Assembly (NCBI RefSeq): GCF_947568905.1
Contig: NC_079165.1
Location: forward strand, 10,044,001 to 10,108,000
Length of the DNA stretch: 64,000 nucleotides
Direction: 5' to 3'
From: Ostrea edulis
Taxonomy: Eukaryota
Shown: positions 61,934-64,000 of the stretch, in pieces
Numbering within the stretch: the first letter of the stretch is position 1
Layout: every line of letters begins with the position of its first letter
Translations under genes and position numbers: made by a program
Notes under the pieces: model-generated
Seen by the model: only the letters and a program-made list of their open reading frames with translations
Database searches by the model: none
What the model was told of the DNA's origin: nothing

Positions 61934-62760
61934 AACAAGAGGCTACATGTCTTATCGGTCGCCTCAGTAACACTAGTCTAAAGGGCTACGAAATCTATAT
62001 AATACTAGAAATTGTTTTATGAAAAAAGAATTATCTTCCCAGCTCCCCAAATTGGACGTGCTCCAGTTGAAATCTCCTCCCCTTAATGTATTGCATGGTA
62101 TGGAGGAGAAAGCATGAGCAGGAACATAAACATTATGAACTCAGATGAGCAGGAACATAAACATTATGAACTCAGATAAGCCACACAGAAGAAGCGTTCA
62201 CAAACTATTTTACACCCCCCGGATCCACCATAACTTTAAGGATGACAATTGGACCCTCCTGTCCCTACAACATGCACATCTGCAGACTGCATTGAAGTAT
62301 TGTACAAAGTTTCAAGTCTATCGGATAAGCCATATGGGAGGAGAAACGTTCACAAGCTATTTTAACATCCTCCACCCCTCTTTGATCCACTATAACATTT
62401 CGGAAAATAATTGGATCCTCCTGTTCCAACAATATGCACATCTACAAATGGGAATGAAGCATTGCACGAAGTTTCAAATCAATCCGATAAGTCATATAGG
62501 AGGGGAATTGTTCACAAGCTAGTTTACATCCTCCACCCCTTTTAGATCCACTATATCTTTTAGGAAAATAATTGGATCCTCCTGTCCCACCATTACGCAC
62601 ATCTACAAATAGCAATGAAGCATTGTACAAAGTTTCAAGTCTATCCGATAAGTCATATAGGAAGGGAAGCGTTCAGCGTTGTGAGACGGATCGACGGACG
62701 GACAGATGGACAGAAAGTACAAAAGCAATATGTCTCTCCCTGAAAGAGGGGAGACATAAT
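61934..62760 (-). mobile_element. HINE-like element with 161-bp internal repeats
   Basis: ttggatcctcctgt at 62250/62411/62572; (gacg/gaca)n microsatellite near 62690-62712; terminal hairpin atgtctctccc...ggggagacat. Confidence 0.65.
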
Positions 62761-64000
62761 TTCTGTTCTGCATATCTAGGATACATTCTAATATTCAACA
62801 GCAATGTAAAGCAAAATGTTTATTTTTTAGAAAACACACACACAAATGCCACCCATGATGAACGACTTTACACAATATATCTTAAATTAACACTATGTGA
62901 TTATTTTGGATCCGCCCTAGAATCAGAACCCTTGGATTGCCAAATTCACAGTTCTGGTACACTCCTTTCTGATTTTCCTAAGTATGCCTTCAGTTTTTAT
63001 ACAATATCGACAAATCTAAAAAAAAGTCTTTCAAAGGATTAAACATTTAGGCCTACATGTATACATATATAATCATTATGCTCATTCTGGCCCCACCCTG
63101 GTACCAAAACCCCGCCGTATCCTTGGGACAGTGAATTTACAATTTTGACAACCTGCTCCTTCAAAATAACCATCTAGTTTCAATTTAGTATCAATAGTAT
63201 CAAAGATTATGTTTATTTAAAATGTTTTACACATAAACACTAAACATACCAAGTTTGGCCCAGCCCTGGGGTCAGAACCTCTACCCTGGGGCCTTCCCGC
63301 TACACATGATTTTACGGTCAGTTTTTCTTACAGAAGTGCGGTTGTATAGAAGAAAATGTTTTTTTAAAAATTTAAGTTTTGGCAGTTTTTGTCCCACCCT
63401 AAGGCTCCAGGGGTCCATTTCACATAAAGCCACACGACCAGACGTGAGCTTAGTAGAGCGTAAAAACAGGACCAAGTCATAAAACAGACTATGTTTGCAC
63501 CCGTCTAAATTTATTACTTAAATCTAGGCTGGTCATGGCTAGATGTAACTCTTAGTTCGTAAAACAACTAAATGTATAGAATGGCGACGGAGTTGACTTT
63601 GAAGCAACGGGTGCAGACAGCGGCAGATAAGAAGAGAAAGGGTTTTCAGAGACCGGTCAAATATTATTGACTCTGAATCAAATTATGATGATTTTAAAAT
63701 AAACATCCCTATCAGAAATATCCAATTCCTATCGTTATTTACTTTTAAAAATATGCTTAATGTGGAATCCATTGCATTAACTTATTGTAAAAAATAAAGT
63801 CACGCCTACTATTTGAAAAAAAAACAAACCCCAAAAACGTTTTGTATGAAATATGTAGTGAAAAATGTTTCTGGGAACAAACTCATAGACAACTACTGAA
63901 CATGTATATCTGATGATAATATTGGAAGCTTTCAATTTTGAAAAAAAAAAATTACTTTCATTTATATGAAAATCACAGAACGTAAATCGTTGCATGCATA

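Overview
AT-rich animal genomic DNA with spliceosomal introns, most likely a bivalve (oyster-like, inferred from Cg170/HindIII-type satellite carried in non-autonomous Helentron-like elements). All host genes are on the minus strand. (1) A tandem array of three divergent nicotinic acetylcholine receptor-like (Cys-loop, cation-selective, non-alpha) subunit genes: one complete 6-exon copy (25862-15033, 436 aa), one with most of exon 2 deleted (11286-5687), and the first two exons of a third (1027-671). (2) Two tandem 11-exon paralogs encoding secreted signal peptide-VWA-(Thr/Ser/Pro linker-ShKT)x3 proteins ending in Gly-dibasic motifs (58991-45844 and 41297-27268). (3) Three short phase-compatible exons of an unidentified gene (61488-60972). 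Introns and spacers are dense with Penelope-like RT fragments (one uninterrupted RT frame), a hammerhead-ribozyme-bearing 351-bp repeat, Tc1 remnants, SINEs, MITEs and Helentron-like satellite carriers. The most unusual pattern is that five separate minisatellites, in four genes, are tandem amplifications of an exon/5-prime splice-donor junction. One is an in-frame 63-bp array that could tune the length of a mucin-like spacer between two ShKT domains by alternative donor choice. All exon boundaries were read by eye from GT/AG signals, phase compatibility and paralog comparison; no transcript evidence was available.
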